A stretch of DNA of 64,000 nt, from contig SUUK01000002.1 of the NCBI GenBank assembly GCA_015062535.1, positions 31,946-95,945 on the forward strand, in the 5' to 3' direction. Below the pieces are notes generated by a model, which was not told the DNA's origin, did not search any database, and was given only the letters and a program-made list of their open reading frames with translations. The translations under genes and the position numbers were made by a program. This document shows, piece by piece, positions 1 through 9,191 of the stretch (within the stretch, counting starts at the first letter, position 1; each line of letters begins with the position of its first letter). Source of the stretch: Alphaproteobacteria bacterium. Lineage in GTDB: Bacteria > Pseudomonadota > Alphaproteobacteria > RF32 > CAG-239.

Positions 1-100
1 AACATGTTTATTTTTTGACACCAAAAGTGAAAAATAAATTAAGTTAAACAAAAGTCTGCTTTTAGCGCAATGTTGGAAGTGGGCGATAAAATTCAAAAGT

Positions 101-1069
101 ATGAAGAAAAGTGTTTTTGCCATCGCAATGATGGTAGTGGCTCTTGCCACATCAGTAAGCGCTAACGCGCAGGTTATTAATGTTAAGGGTCGCAAGATCC
201 AGACAGTTGAGATGAGTGATTCAGCAGTGATAGCTCATTTCATGGCGAACCAGACAGACACCCTTAGGGTGTTGGTTAAGACAGAAACCAAGGGTGAAGT
301 TGTAAAGTACTTTGTAAAGAAGTACTACATGGCTTCAGGAAAAAATATCGTTAAAGACAATGAGACCATTCTTGATGGTTTTGTTGTAGTTAATGATAGC
401 ACAACGGTTGCAATGGTGGATGACCTTTCAGAGAGAGCTAAATTAAACGTTAACCTCGACAATTGCTTCGATCATAAGAAGCTAGATGTTGAGAGTTACG
501 AAGTTAATCTTGGCGGTGAAACCTATATGGCACCTAAAAAGTATGCTCTTAAAGATGGAGCATCACTCGTTGCAGGAATTGGTTACAGATACGCAACGGA
601 AGGCATTTCTACACCAGTTCTTAACCTGGGAGTTTCACACAGTCAGTCATGGTATAGAATTGCCTTGATGGGACAGCTTGCTATGAATGAGTACAATAAA
701 TTTGCTCAGGATGGTTTGAAACACCAAAAGTATGCAACTTATGGCACGAAGTTGCATGTTGGTTTGAAGCCATTTAAGTTGGACAGGTTTGACCAGCACC
801 GCTTGTATATCACCGGAGGTCTTCTCTGGGAATGGTACAAGACAGGAAGTGAAAACTTCTCTTCTTGGGGTAATCGTTTCGACCCTTCTGTAGGCTTGGA
901 GTACTCTTATCGCTGGTTTGCTACCGGTAACGAAATTGCCTTTGGAGTTGAATATATCAACTCTGGTAGTGTGGTACAGAATAGTCAGGAGATTAAAATT
1001 CATCAGGTTCAGGCCACGGTGAAATTTTATTTCGGTCTGTTCCGTCACAAGACAAACCTTAGCAAATAA
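101..1069 (+). CDS. Putative outer-membrane protein with Sec signal peptide (compositional outlier, family not recognised)
   Basis: 322-aa ORF. N-terminus MKKSVFAIAMMVVALATSVSANA/Q is a classic signal peptide. Gly/Tyr/Trp-rich alternating segments in the C-half (EYSYRWFATGNEIAFGVEYINSG, VKFYFGLF) suggest beta-strands. No Shine-Dalgarno before the ATG. AAG/CAG/ACC-rich codon usage, unlike the other genes here. Confidence 0.6.
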   Translation: MKKSVFAIAMMVVALATSVSANAQVINVKGRKIQTVEMSDSAVIAHFMANQTDTLRVLVKTETKGEVVKYFVKKYYMASGKNIVKDNETILDGFVVVNDSTTVAMVDDLSERAKLNVNLDNCFDHKKLDVESYEVNLGGETYMAPKKYALKDGASLVAGIGYRYATEGISTPVLNLGVSHSQSWYRIALMGQLAMNEYNKFAQDGLKHQKYATYGTKLHVGLKPFKLDRFDQHRLYITGGLLWEWYKTGSENFSSWGNRFDPSVGLEYSYRWFATGNEIAFGVEYINSGSVVQNSQEIKIHQVQATVKFYFGLFRHKTNLSK

Positions 1070-1086
1070 CCTTGCGAAATTAATTA

Positions 1087-1132
1087 GCAGAGAATATTGG
1101 TGGTTTTCCACCATGTTCTCTGCTTTTTTTTT
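1087..1132 (+). terminator. Rho-independent terminator after ORF 101-1069
   Basis: GCAGAGAA (1087-1094) pairs with TTCTCTGC (1116-1123), with inner GGTGG/CCACC pairing, followed by T9 (1124-1132). Confidence 0.8.
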
Positions 1133-1202
1133 GTGCAAATATTGAAAGGAAAAAATTTCTGATTATATCTTTTTTGTTTTTTTAATTTGGAGGAAAAAAG
1201 AT

Positions 1203-1478
1203 ATGTTAAAATTTTTTCTAGGATGTTTGTCTTTGGTGGCAATTGGTTTGATGATTAATCAAGCTATTGCTGGTGGTCAAAATCCTGCAAATAATAGTGG
1301 GATTATGATTGTTGAAACAATTTCTAGTTCTTCGGTTGTTAGCCCTCAAGAAAGTGATATGGAGCCTTTGCCTGGTAACCCAGGTGTTGAAGTTGCCCCT
1401 ATTGAGGGAAGTAGTGCAGTAGAGCCTGTTATGGTTGAAGAAGATATGGAAATAGACGAAGTAGAAGACGGCGAATAA
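1203..1478 (+). CDS. Small secreted acidic protein (hypothetical)
   Basis: 91 aa. GGAGG RBS about 9 nt upstream. Hydrophobic N-terminus MLKFFLGCLSLVAIGLMINQAIA/GG. Glu/Asp/Val-rich C-terminus (VMVEEDMEIDEVEDGE). No family recognised. Confidence 0.55.
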   Translation: MLKFFLGCLSLVAIGLMINQAIAGGQNPANNSGIMIVETISSSSVVSPQESDMEPLPGNPGVEVAPIEGSSAVEPVMVEEDMEIDEVEDGE

Positions 1479-1508
1479 TTATTTAAAAACACTGTTTAAA
1501 ATGAATAT

Positions 1509-1544
1509 AAAAAAACCTCTATCAAATAAGATAGAGGCTTTTTT
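1509..1544. terminator. Bidirectional intrinsic terminator between ORF 1203-1478 and rpsA
   Basis: CCTCTATC (1516-1523) pairs with GATAGAGG (1530-1537), loop AAATAA. A-run on the 5' side and T6 on the 3' side. Confidence 0.75.
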
Positions 1545-1567
1545 GTGAATGATAAATAAAGAACTAA

Positions 1568-3250
1568 TTATTCTTTATTTTTCAAAGCTTCACCTAAGGC
1601 ATCACCAAGAGCTGAACCAGAAGATTGTGCATTTGAGTATTCTTCAATTGCTTTCTTTTCTTCTTCAATCTCATAAGCTTTTACAGAAACGCCTAATTTA
1701 ACGTTTTTGCGGTCAACAGATGTAAGTTTTGCTTCTAAAACATCACCTTCTTGATAGCTTAATGGATCATTGTTTTCTTTTGATAGGTCTGCTTTTTTGA
1801 TTGTAGCAGAAATGCCTTGAACTGTAACTTGTACACCTTTTTCGTCAGCGCCTGTTACAACAGCTTTAACGATATCACCTTTTTTCAAAGATTCTAAAGT
1901 CATAGCAACGTTGTTTTCAGACATTTGCTTAATACCAAGGCTGATGCGTTCTTTTTCTACATCAACATCAATGATTTTAGCTTCAATTGTTTGACCTTTA
2001 GTGTAGTCTTTAACAGCTTCTTCACCAGATTTTTCCCATGAAATGTCTGATAAGTGAATCATACCATCAATTTCGTCTGATAAACCGATAAATAAACCAA
2101 ATTCTGTAATGTTTTTGATTTTACCTTCGATAACAGAACCCATTGGGTGTTCTTCAATGTATGCAGCCCATGGATTTGGTGTGCATTGTTTAATACCTAA
2201 GCTGATACGACGTTTGTCAACATCAACTTCTAATACTTTTACATCAACTTCTTGAGATGTTGATACGATTTTTCCTGGGTGAACGTTTTTACGTGTCCAG
2301 CTCATTTCTGATACGTGTACTAAACCTTCGATACCATCTTCAAGTTCAATAAATGCACCGTAGTCAGTAATGTTTGTAACTTTACCTTTGTAGATTTCAC
2401 CAACTTGGAACTTATCTGCAACAGCTGCCCATGGGTCATTTTCAAGTTGTTTCATACCAAGAGAGATACGTTGTGTATCTTCGTTGAATTTGATAACTTG
2501 AACTTTTACTGTTTGACCTAGAGATAAAAGTTCTGCTGGGTGATTAATTCTCTTCCAAGAAATATCTGTTACGTGTAACAAACCATCTACACCACCCAAG
2601 TCAATGAATGCACCATATTCTGTAAGGTTCTTAACGATACCTTCAAGAACAGCGCCTTCTTTGATTGTGTCGATTAATTCTGCACGAGCAGATGCACGTG
2701 TTTCTTCTAATACAACACGACGTGATACAACGATGTTGCCACGAATCTTATCCATTTTTAAGATTTGGAATGGTTGTGAAATGCCCATTAATGGAGAGAT
2801 ATCTTTAATTGGGCGGATATCAATTTGTGAACCAGGTAAGAAAGCAATTGCGCCGTTAAGATCAACAGTGAAACCACCTTTAACACGACCAAAGATAACA
2901 CCATTAACTCTTTCGTTATTGTTCATCATCTTTTCAAGATCTTGCCATACTTCTTCACGACGAGCTTTTTCACGTGATAATACGATGTTGCCATCTTTGT
3001 CTTCGTATCTATCAACTAAAACTTCTACAACATCACCAACTTTTAATTCGTCATTTCTACCGAATTCACGTAAAGGAATGCGACCTTCTGATTTTAAACC
3101 AACATCAACAGTTGCAAAATCATCAGTTACACGGATAACAGTTCCCTTTAATACTGAACCAACAATACCTTTGTCACCGAATTGTTCATTTAACAAGTCA
3201 GCGAAATTTTCAGTCATTTCAGGAATTATAATTTCTGCAGTATTTGCCAT
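1568..3250 (-). CDS. rpsA: 30S ribosomal protein S1
   Basis: Six tandem S1/OB repeats (e.g. YGAFIDLGGVDGLLHVTDISW, YGAFIELEDGIEGLVHVSEMSW). The ORF track begins at 3334, but the ATG at 3250 (MANTAEIIIPE...) gives the usual N-terminus. 560 aa. Confidence 0.95.
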   Translation of the reverse strand: MANTAEIIIPEMTENFADLLNEQFGDKGIVGSVLKGTVIRVTDDFATVDVGLKSEGRIPLREFGRNDELKVGDVVEVLVDRYEDKDGNIVLSREKARREEVWQDLEKMMNNNERVNGVIFGRVKGGFTVDLNGAIAFLPGSQIDIRPIKDISPLMGISQPFQILKMDKIRGNIVVSRRVVLEETRASARAELIDTIKEGAVLEGIVKNLTEYGAFIDLGGVDGLLHVTDISWKRINHPAELLSLGQTVKVQVIKFNEDTQRISLGMKQLENDPWAAVADKFQVGEIYKGKVTNITDYGAFIELEDGIEGLVHVSEMSWTRKNVHPGKIVSTSQEVDVKVLEVDVDKRRISLGIKQCTPNPWAAYIEEHPMGSVIEGKIKNITEFGLFIGLSDEIDGMIHLSDISWEKSGEEAVKDYTKGQTIEAKIIDVDVEKERISLGIKQMSENNVAMTLESLKKGDIVKAVVTGADEKGVQVTVQGISATIKKADLSKENNDPLSYQEGDVLEAKLTSVDRKNVKLGVSVKAYEIEEEKKAIEEYSNAQSSGSALGDALGEALKNKE

Positions 3251-3417
3251 TATATTTATTTTCAAAAAATGCCAGACCCTCATTTTGAGGCGGACTTGTG
3301 CATGGTTAAAAAACGTCTTTTTGTTGCACCACATAAAAGAGTTGTTAGGTTTTTATGCCTAAAATATTAAAAAGTCAAGAAAAATGTATGCTAAATGGTT
3401 TGATTTTTTGCGATTTT

Positions 3418-4179
3418 TTATACTTTATGAGGTAGTCTTTTGTATATGAAGTCGCTTACAACATTTGGTAAGATGCTTAAAAACCATGTAGCAAGTCGCA
3501 TAGGCCAAGGAAATGCTATTAATCCAACGTTTTTTTCTATGCGTTTTGCAATTAATTCTGCTGCTGGTTCTGTTTCCATAAAAAATGGCATTGGACATTT
3601 GTTTTTATCTGTAATACGTGAACGAATAAACCCTGGGCAGATGGTGTTTACTTGGATGTTATATTTTAATAAATCCAAACGAAGCGCTTCGCCATAGGCT
3701 TTTACACATGCTTTTGATGCGCTATATGATGGGCATGATGGCAAACCATGGTAACCCGCAATTGATGAGGTTATGGCTATGATTTTATTGGTGTCTTTAC
3801 GTTTTTTATAAATTTCTACCGTTGGGCAAATAGTGTTTATTACACCCATAACGTTGATGTTGAAAGTATTAAAAATATTGTTTGGTGTTTCTTCTAGAGT
3901 GGCAACACCTGCATTTGCAAATACAAGGTTTAGAGGAGCGATTTTTTCTGCATCATTTATCCAATATTCTACGGCTTGTTTGTTAGATACATCTAAAACT
4001 TGAGAGTGTATTTTAGCAGAACCTTGTTTTTGGCAAGCAATTTTTACTGCTTCTAGGCGCTCTTTATTTCTACCACAGATAAAAATATTTTCTGTTGAGG
4101 GTTGTTTTGCATAATATAGAGCTAAAGCTTCTCCTATGCCAGAAGACGCACCGGTGAGTAATATATTTTTAATAATCAT
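3418..4179 (-). CDS. Short-chain dehydrogenase/reductase (SDR) family oxidoreductase
   Basis: TGASSGIGEALA cofactor motif (TGxxxGxG), NAG, and YSASKA (YxxxK catalytic). 253 aa. Confidence 0.88.
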   Translation of the reverse strand: MIIKNILLTGASSGIGEALALYYAKQPSTENIFICGRNKERLEAVKIACQKQGSAKIHSQVLDVSNKQAVEYWINDAEKIAPLNLVFANAGVATLEETPNNIFNTFNINVMGVINTICPTVEIYKKRKDTNKIIAITSSIAGYHGLPSCPSYSASKACVKAYGEALRLDLLKYNIQVNTICPGFIRSRITDKNKCPMPFFMETEPAAELIAKRIEKNVGLIAFPWPMRLATWFLSILPNVVSDFIYKRLPHKV

Positions 4180-4279
4180 GGTATAATCCTTAAAATAAAT
4201 CTTTATTTATCTGTAATATGGTTTATATTGGAATAACAATTTTGTAAAGAATAATAGTTTTTGTAAAGGAATAACTGAT

Positions 4280-4921
4280 ATGGGTGATAAAAAAATACAA
4301 AGACAAGGAACAATGTTTATCTTTTCTAGTCCTAGCGGTGGCGGAAAAAGTTCTGTTATCAAAAAAATATTGAAAGAAATGGATGATATTGAGCTTTCTG
4401 TGTCGGTTACTACTCGTGGTATGAGAGTTGGTGAAGTTGATGGAAAAGACTATTATTTTATTACTGAAGAAAGGTTTAAGGAATTAGTTAAATCTGAGGA
4501 GCTTTATGAATATGTTGACTCTGATTTTGGTCCTAAATATGGAACTCCTAAAGCTAAAGTTGATGAACTTTTAAGAGAAGGTAAAGATGTTATTTTAGAT
4601 TTGGACTATCCTGGTGTTGTTCAACTTAGAAAATTAGCTGGTGATAGAGTTAGAGCTATTTCTTTTATTCCTCCTTCTATTAAGATTTTAAGAGAAAGAT
4701 TAGAGGGAAGAGGAACAGATAGCAGGGAAGTTATTGAAAAAAGAATGAGCAAGGCAGAGAGCCGTATTAAAGAAGCTGAGTTTTATGACTATGTAGTAAT
4801 TAATGATGATTTGGATAAAGCTGTATATGATGTTAAATGCATTATTGAAAGTGCTCGTTTGGAAAAACGTAATTTGTGCGGTTTGGGTGAATTTATTCAA
4901 AAAGTTGTGGATGATAAATAA
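4280..4921 (+). CDS. gmk: Guanylate kinase
   Basis: P-loop SSPSGGGKSS, VSVTTRGMRVGEVDGKDYYF. 213 aa. Confidence 0.9.
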   Translation: MGDKKIQRQGTMFIFSSPSGGGKSSVIKKILKEMDDIELSVSVTTRGMRVGEVDGKDYYFITEERFKELVKSEELYEYVDSDFGPKYGTPKAKVDELLREGKDVILDLDYPGVVQLRKLAGDRVRAISFIPPSIKILRERLEGRGTDSREVIEKRMSKAESRIKEAEFYDYVVINDDLDKAVYDVKCIIESARLEKRNLCGLGEFIQKVVDDK

Positions 4922-5845
4922 ATGGGTATGATTTATAATTCTATAACAGAAATGGTGGGTGGTACACCTTTGCTTAGACTTGGAAAGCTTACGACTCGCC
5001 TTAGGTTGAATGCTGAAATTTTAGCAAAATGTGAGATGTATAATCCTTGGTTTTCGGTTAAAGATAGGGTTGCTTTGTCTTTGATAGAAAATGAAGAGAA
5101 AAAAGGGATTAAAGAAGATACAATTTTTGTTGAGGCAACATCTGGTAATACAGGGATTGGGCTTGCTGGTGTTTGTGCGGCAAAAGGGTATAAGCTCATA
5201 ATAATTATGCCTGAAAATATGTCTGAAGAAAGAATTAAAATAATGCGTCATTTGGGTGCTGAAGTTATTTTAACTCCAAAAGAAGAAGGAATGGATGGTG
5301 CTATTAATAAGGCTAAAATCTTAAAAGAAAGAAATGATAATGTAGTTATTCTTAGCCAGTTTGAAAATGATGCAAACCCTAATGCTCATAGGATGGGGAC
5401 TGCTATGGAAATTTTAGAAGATACTGGCGGTGATTTTGATGTGCTTGTTGCAAGTGTTGGTACTTCTGGAACAATAACTGGTATTGCATCTGTTTTGAAG
5501 ACTTATAACAAAGATTTGTATGTTGTGGCAGTTGAACCTGAAGGAAGCGCTGTCTTGAGTGGCGAATCTAAAGGAAGTCATAAAATTCAAGGAATTGGCG
5601 CAGGCTTTGTGCCTCCTCTTTATGATAAAAAGTTGGTAAATGAAGTTATAAAAATAAGTGATGAAGATGCGATAGAAATGACAAAAGCTGTTGCTAGAAT
5701 AGAGGGGATTGGTGTTGGTATATCTTCTGGAGCGGCGATTGTTGGAGCAATTGAAGTTGCAAAAAGAAAAGAGTTTACAAATAAAAGAGTGATTGTTATT
5801 TTACCAGATAGTATTGAACGTTATTTATCTACGGGATATTTTTAA
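4922..5845 (+). CDS. cysK: Cysteine synthase A (O-acetylserine sulfhydrylase)
   Basis: PLP-lysine motif SVKDR, TSGNTGIGLA, SVGTSGTITG loop. 307 aa. The ATG directly abuts the gmk stop codon. Confidence 0.9.
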   Translation: MGMIYNSITEMVGGTPLLRLGKLTTRLRLNAEILAKCEMYNPWFSVKDRVALSLIENEEKKGIKEDTIFVEATSGNTGIGLAGVCAAKGYKLIIIMPENMSEERIKIMRHLGAEVILTPKEEGMDGAINKAKILKERNDNVVILSQFENDANPNAHRMGTAMEILEDTGGDFDVLVASVGTSGTITGIASVLKTYNKDLYVVAVEPEGSAVLSGESKGSHKIQGIGAGFVPPLYDKKLVNEVIKISDEDAIEMTKAVARIEGIGVGISSGAAIVGAIEVAKRKEFTNKRVIVILPDSIERYLSTGYF

Positions 5846-5857
5846 GGAAGCACTACT

Positions 5858-6964
5858 ATGATGAAACCAAATTCTATTTTAGGCACTTATTTGATTAAAC
5901 AAACAGTAATGTGTTTTTTGGGTGTTTTGGGTGTTATTTGCGCTATCATAATGATGTTTGATATGATAGAAATTTTGCGTAGAACATCTGGTAGATATGA
6001 GGTTTCTATTGGGTTTTTGATTCAATATGTGGTGGCAAAGTTGCCTGAAACAGTTGATAAGGTTGTTCCTTTTATTGTGATGATATCTACAATGATTACT
6101 TTTTGGAGAATTAGTAAATCCAATGAGTTTGTAATTATTAGAGCGGCAGGTGTGTCTATTTGGGGTGTGTTGTCACCGGTTTTGCTTGCTGTTTTTATGA
6201 TTGGTGTTTTGTGGATTATGGTTGTTAATCCTTTTTCTGCAAAGATGTTTGAGCTTAGGGAAACTTTGTCTTATAGGTTATCTACAAATAATCCTAATGC
6301 CTTTTTGTTTTCTAACAAAGGGCTTTGGATTAGAGAAGGTAAAGATGATAATGTTGTTGCGATTATAAATGCTAGTAATCTTAATTTGAAAGATGATGTG
6401 TTGTGGCTTCATGATGTTAGTGTTATTGAAGTTGATGAAAGAACACAGGTGAAAAGAAGAATTGAAGCATTTGTTGCTACTCTTGAAGATGGTAACTTAA
6501 ATTTGAAAGATGTTAGAATTTATAAATCAGGACAAAAGGCTGAGATTGTAAGTAGTATGCTTTATCCTACGGAGATGAATATACAAAGAATTAGAGATAA
6601 TTTTGTTGATCCGGAGGCTATTTCTTTTTGGAATTTGCCTGACACTATTGATTTTTATGAAGCATCAGGTTTTAGTGTTTTAAGATATAAGATGCGCTAT
6701 ATTAGTTTGCTTGCACTTCCTTTTATGCTTATGGCGATGGTTTTGGTTGCAGGTATATTCTCGCTTAAAGCAAGCCAAAGACAAGGCGGTGTTTTATGGA
6801 TGATAATTTTTGGTATTGCAACGGGATTTACTGTTTATTTTACATCACAGGTTATTTCTGCTTTTGGATTAAATTCTTATATTCCAGTTTGGTTTGCAGT
6901 TTGGGCGCCAACGATTATTGTTGCTTCGGTTAGTATATCGGTTTATTTGCATAAAGAAGAATAA
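5858..6964 (+). CDS. lptG: LPS export ABC transporter permease LptG (YjgP/YjgQ family)
   Basis: Three TM helices, a ~170-aa periplasmic insert, then three more TM helices. NEFVIIRAAGVSIWGVLSP motif is typical of LptG. 368 aa. Confidence 0.8.
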   Translation: MMKPNSILGTYLIKQTVMCFLGVLGVICAIIMMFDMIEILRRTSGRYEVSIGFLIQYVVAKLPETVDKVVPFIVMISTMITFWRISKSNEFVIIRAAGVSIWGVLSPVLLAVFMIGVLWIMVVNPFSAKMFELRETLSYRLSTNNPNAFLFSNKGLWIREGKDDNVVAIINASNLNLKDDVLWLHDVSVIEVDERTQVKRRIEAFVATLEDGNLNLKDVRIYKSGQKAEIVSSMLYPTEMNIQRIRDNFVDPEAISFWNLPDTIDFYEASGFSVLRYKMRYISLLALPFMLMAMVLVAGIFSLKASQRQGGVLWMIIFGIATGFTVYFTSQVISAFGLNSYIPVWFAVWAPTIIVASVSISVYLHKEE

Positions 6965-6982
6965 AATAAAAGTAAGTATGAT

Positions 6983-7012
6983 AAAAAAAGCACGGGAAAC
7001 CGTGCCTTTTTT
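6983..7012 (+). terminator. Intrinsic terminator after lptG (left copy of a duplicated hairpin)
   Basis: A7, GCACGG (6990-6995), GAAA tetraloop, CCGTGC (7000-7005), then T-run. The same hairpin recurs at 7658-7683. Confidence 0.8.
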
Positions 7013-7050
7013 ATTGGGTTAAATGTGTAATGTTTTTATAAAAAAAACAC

Positions 7051-7078
7051 TTGCATTTAGACAAAAAATATGTATAAT
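7051..7078 (+). promoter_or_regulatory. Sigma-70-like promoter for ORF 7105-7644
   Basis: TTGCAT (7051-7056), 16-nt spacer, TATAAT (7073-7078) with a TG two nt upstream. Confidence 0.55.
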
Positions 7079-7104
7079 TTTATTGTATTTAAAAAAAGTT
7101 TATT

Positions 7105-7644
7105 ATGGAGTATATTTCTAAAAAAGATGAGCTCCTTGCTAAAATTGATTCTTGCCTTAATGCAGGTCTTTATTCAAAAGCAAGGATGTACATTTCTGAT
7201 TATAAGGCTTCTTATGGGGAGCTTGATCCTACAAAGAAGTTTTCCTATGTCTATTCTTTTAATGGTGATTCAGTGAATTGCAGTAAATCTTTGTCTGATG
7301 AGCAAACGTTGTTGACAGAAGTTTTTCTGTTAGAGGTTGCTAAGGGTGAGATTACAGAATTAACTGCTCTTGCTTATGAATATGATTATCGGCTTCATGA
7401 AATGCTTTTGAAAGCTTTTGAAGAAGGTGATGTTTTAAGATTTCATATGCTTATAACAGAACTTAATGCAAGGCCTGATTTTGTGTATACTGATAGCAAT
7501 AGACGTCGGTTTACTTTGTGGGAAAAAATTAAATTTCGCAAAAATAGTGATTTTTACAAATATTTTGTGAAACACTGTAATGATTTGCCTGATGTGAAAG
7601 AACATTTAGACAATGTGGCGAAATTGAAAGCTCTTATCGGCTGA
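7105..7644 (+). CDS. Hypothetical protein (orphan, cytoplasmic, helical)
   Basis: 179-aa ORF with its own promoter. No signal peptide or TM helix. No family recognised. Flanked on both sides by the same terminator hairpin. Confidence 0.55.
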   Translation: MEYISKKDELLAKIDSCLNAGLYSKARMYISDYKASYGELDPTKKFSYVYSFNGDSVNCSKSLSDEQTLLTEVFLLEVAKGEITELTALAYEYDYRLHEMLLKAFEEGDVLRFHMLITELNARPDFVYTDSNRRRFTLWEKIKFRKNSDFYKYFVKHCNDLPDVKEHLDNVAKLKALIG

Positions 7645-7657
7645 TTATTGATTAAAG

Positions 7658-7683
7658 AAAGGCACGGGAAACCGTGCCTTTCT
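7658..7683. terminator. Bidirectional intrinsic terminator (right copy of the duplicated hairpin) between ORF 7105-7644 and ybgC
   Basis: AAAGGCACGG-GAAA-CCGTGCCTTT. The 20-nt core GCACGGGAAACCGTGCCTTT (7662-7681) is identical to 6990-7009. Confidence 0.8.
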
Positions 7684-8121
7684 TTATTGTATTAGACTTA
7701 TAATTTCTTGTGGTATTTTGGTTGGGCGCATTGTGTGTATGCTTAAAAATACCAACGTTACTTCTATTTGAGCTAAAATGGTGTCATTACGATAGAGGGT
7801 TTGCTCCATTTTTAATGAAACACCTTTTATTTCTGTTACTTTACAGGTCATATTTAGTGCATCATCTAGTTTTGCAGGAGTTTTGTAACTAACATGACAT
7901 TCTCTTACAACAAAACCTACACCTTTGTCTTTAAGAAGGTCGTCTTGATTGAAACCTATATGGCGAAGGTACTCGGTTCTTGCTCGCTCTGCAAATTTTA
8001 GGTAGTTTGCATAATAAACAATTCCTCCTGCATCTGTGTCTTCATAATAAACACGTATAGGAAATGAAAATGTTTTATCTTCAAAAAGCTCGCCTTTGAT
8101 TGTTGGGGTTTGGTATGTCAT
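7684..8121 (-). CDS. ybgC: Tol-Pal-associated acyl-CoA thioesterase (4HBT hot-dog fold)
   Basis: VYYEDTDAGGIVYYANYLKFAERAR motif. 145 aa. Immediately downstream of ruvB, as in many alphaproteobacteria. Confidence 0.85.
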   Translation of the reverse strand: MTYQTPTIKGELFEDKTFSFPIRVYYEDTDAGGIVYYANYLKFAERARTEYLRHIGFNQDDLLKDKGVGFVVRECHVSYKTPAKLDDALNMTCKVTEIKGVSLKMEQTLYRNDTILAQIEVTLVFLSIHTMRPTKIPQEIISLIQ

Positions 8122-8124
8122 AGT

Positions 8125-9183
8125 TTAAAATCCTAAATCATCAATAAAACTAAATTGGTTGTTTGTGTTTTTAAACTTGCTAATGCCAAGATATTTACAT
8201 CCTTGTTCTGATAAAACTCTTCCTCTTGGGGTTCTTTGTAAAAATCCTAGTTTTAACAAATATGGTTCTATTACTTCTTCTATTGTATCTCTTTCTTCGG
8301 AAAGGGCGGCTGCGAGTGTGTCTGCTCCAACAGGGCCTCCACCGTAGTTTTTGGCAATGCAATTTAAGTATCTGCGGTCAAACTCATCTAAACCATATGG
8401 GTCTACATCAAGTAAACCTAAAGCTTTATCTGCAATAGACGAATCTATTTCTACATTGCCGGCAACAGCGCCAAAATCTCGTACTCTTTTTAGTAATCTG
8501 CCTGCTATACGAGGAGTTCCACGTGAACGTTTGGCTATTTCCATTGCACCATCTTTTGAGATTGGCATATTTAGGATATTTGCACCACGTAAAACGATTT
8601 TTTGTAAATCGTCATGATTGTAAAAGTCCATTCTTAAAGGAATACCAAAACGTTCTCTTAGTGGAGTTGAAACAAGACCAGAACGAGTGGTTGCGCCAAC
8701 CAAAGTAAATGGTTGTAAATCTATTTTTACTGAACGAGCAGAAGGTCCTTCGCCGATGATTATATCTAGTTGAAAATCTTCCATTGCAGAATATAAAACT
8801 TCTTCTATTGCGGGGTTTAGGCGGTGGATTTCATCTATAAATAAGACATCTCTTGCTTCTAGGTTGGTTAGGATTGCGGCAAGGTCCCCTGATTTGGTAA
8901 TCATTGGGGCAGAGGTTGCCTTAAAACCAACACCTAATTCTTTGGAGATAATGTTTGATAAAGTTGTCTTTCCTAGCCCTGGAGGTCCATATAATAGAAC
9001 ATGGTCTAAAACCTCGCCTCGTTGTTTGGCTGACTGAATGAACACTTTTAAGTTTTGGCAGACTTTATCTTGCCCAACAAATTCATCTAAAGTTGATGGA
9101 CGTAGGTTTATTGCAACAGGAGAATTTTGCTCGTCTGTTGAAATTTTATCTGCACTTAAAATTCTTTCTTTTTCTTCAAGCAT
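8125..9183 (-). CDS. ruvB: Holliday junction branch-migration helicase RuvB
   Basis: Walker [10 protein letters not shown], Walker [16 protein letters not shown] sensor, C-terminal winged helix. 352 aa. Confidence 0.97.
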   Translation of the reverse strand: MLEEKERILSADKISTDEQNSPVAINLRPSTLDEFVGQDKVCQNLKVFIQSAKQRGEVLDHVLLYGPPGLGKTTLSNIISKELGVGFKATSAPMITKSGDLAAILTNLEARDVLFIDEIHRLNPAIEEVLYSAMEDFQLDIIIGEGPSARSVKIDLQPFTLVGATTRSGLVSTPLRERFGIPLRMDFYNHDDLQKIVLRGANILNMPISKDGAMEIAKRSRGTPRIAGRLLKRVRDFGAVAGNVEIDSSIADKALGLLDVDPYGLDEFDRRYLNCIAKNYGGGPVGADTLAAALSEERDTIEEVIEPYLLKLGFLQRTPRGRVLSEQGCKYLGISKFKNTNNQFSFIDDLGF

Positions 9184-9191
9184 ATGGTCTC

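Noticed and set aside
3255-3300. Possible structured rpsA leader or attenuator upstream of the S1 start.
   Set aside because: I could find only a 5-bp stem (CCTCA/TGAGG) with a nearby T-run. That is too weak to call without folding software or covariation.
3251-3334. N-terminal ORF extensions in the track: rpsA to 3334, ATP-grasp from 13373, rluC from 22927, acyP from 26050, DUF2769-like from 26411, parvulin to 31590, hydrolase from 56018.
   Set aside because: Internal ATG codons give canonical N-termini, signal peptides or lipoboxes with better RBS spacing. The extensions are hydrophobic or odd sequence through promoter regions.
2604-3362. 252-aa plus-strand ORF antisense to rpsA, and similar shadow ORFs (647-1138, 9388-9786, 16004-16363, 24492-24839, 33980-34372, 37325-37771, 40364-40741, 58298-58657).
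   Set aside because: Each lies entirely inside a well-supported gene on the opposite strand. They have low-complexity composition and no recognisable motifs.
7070-7276. 68-aa ORF overlapping the start of ORF 7105-7644 in another frame.
   Set aside because: It begins inside the promoter -10 region. The longer 179-aa frame has more protein-like composition.
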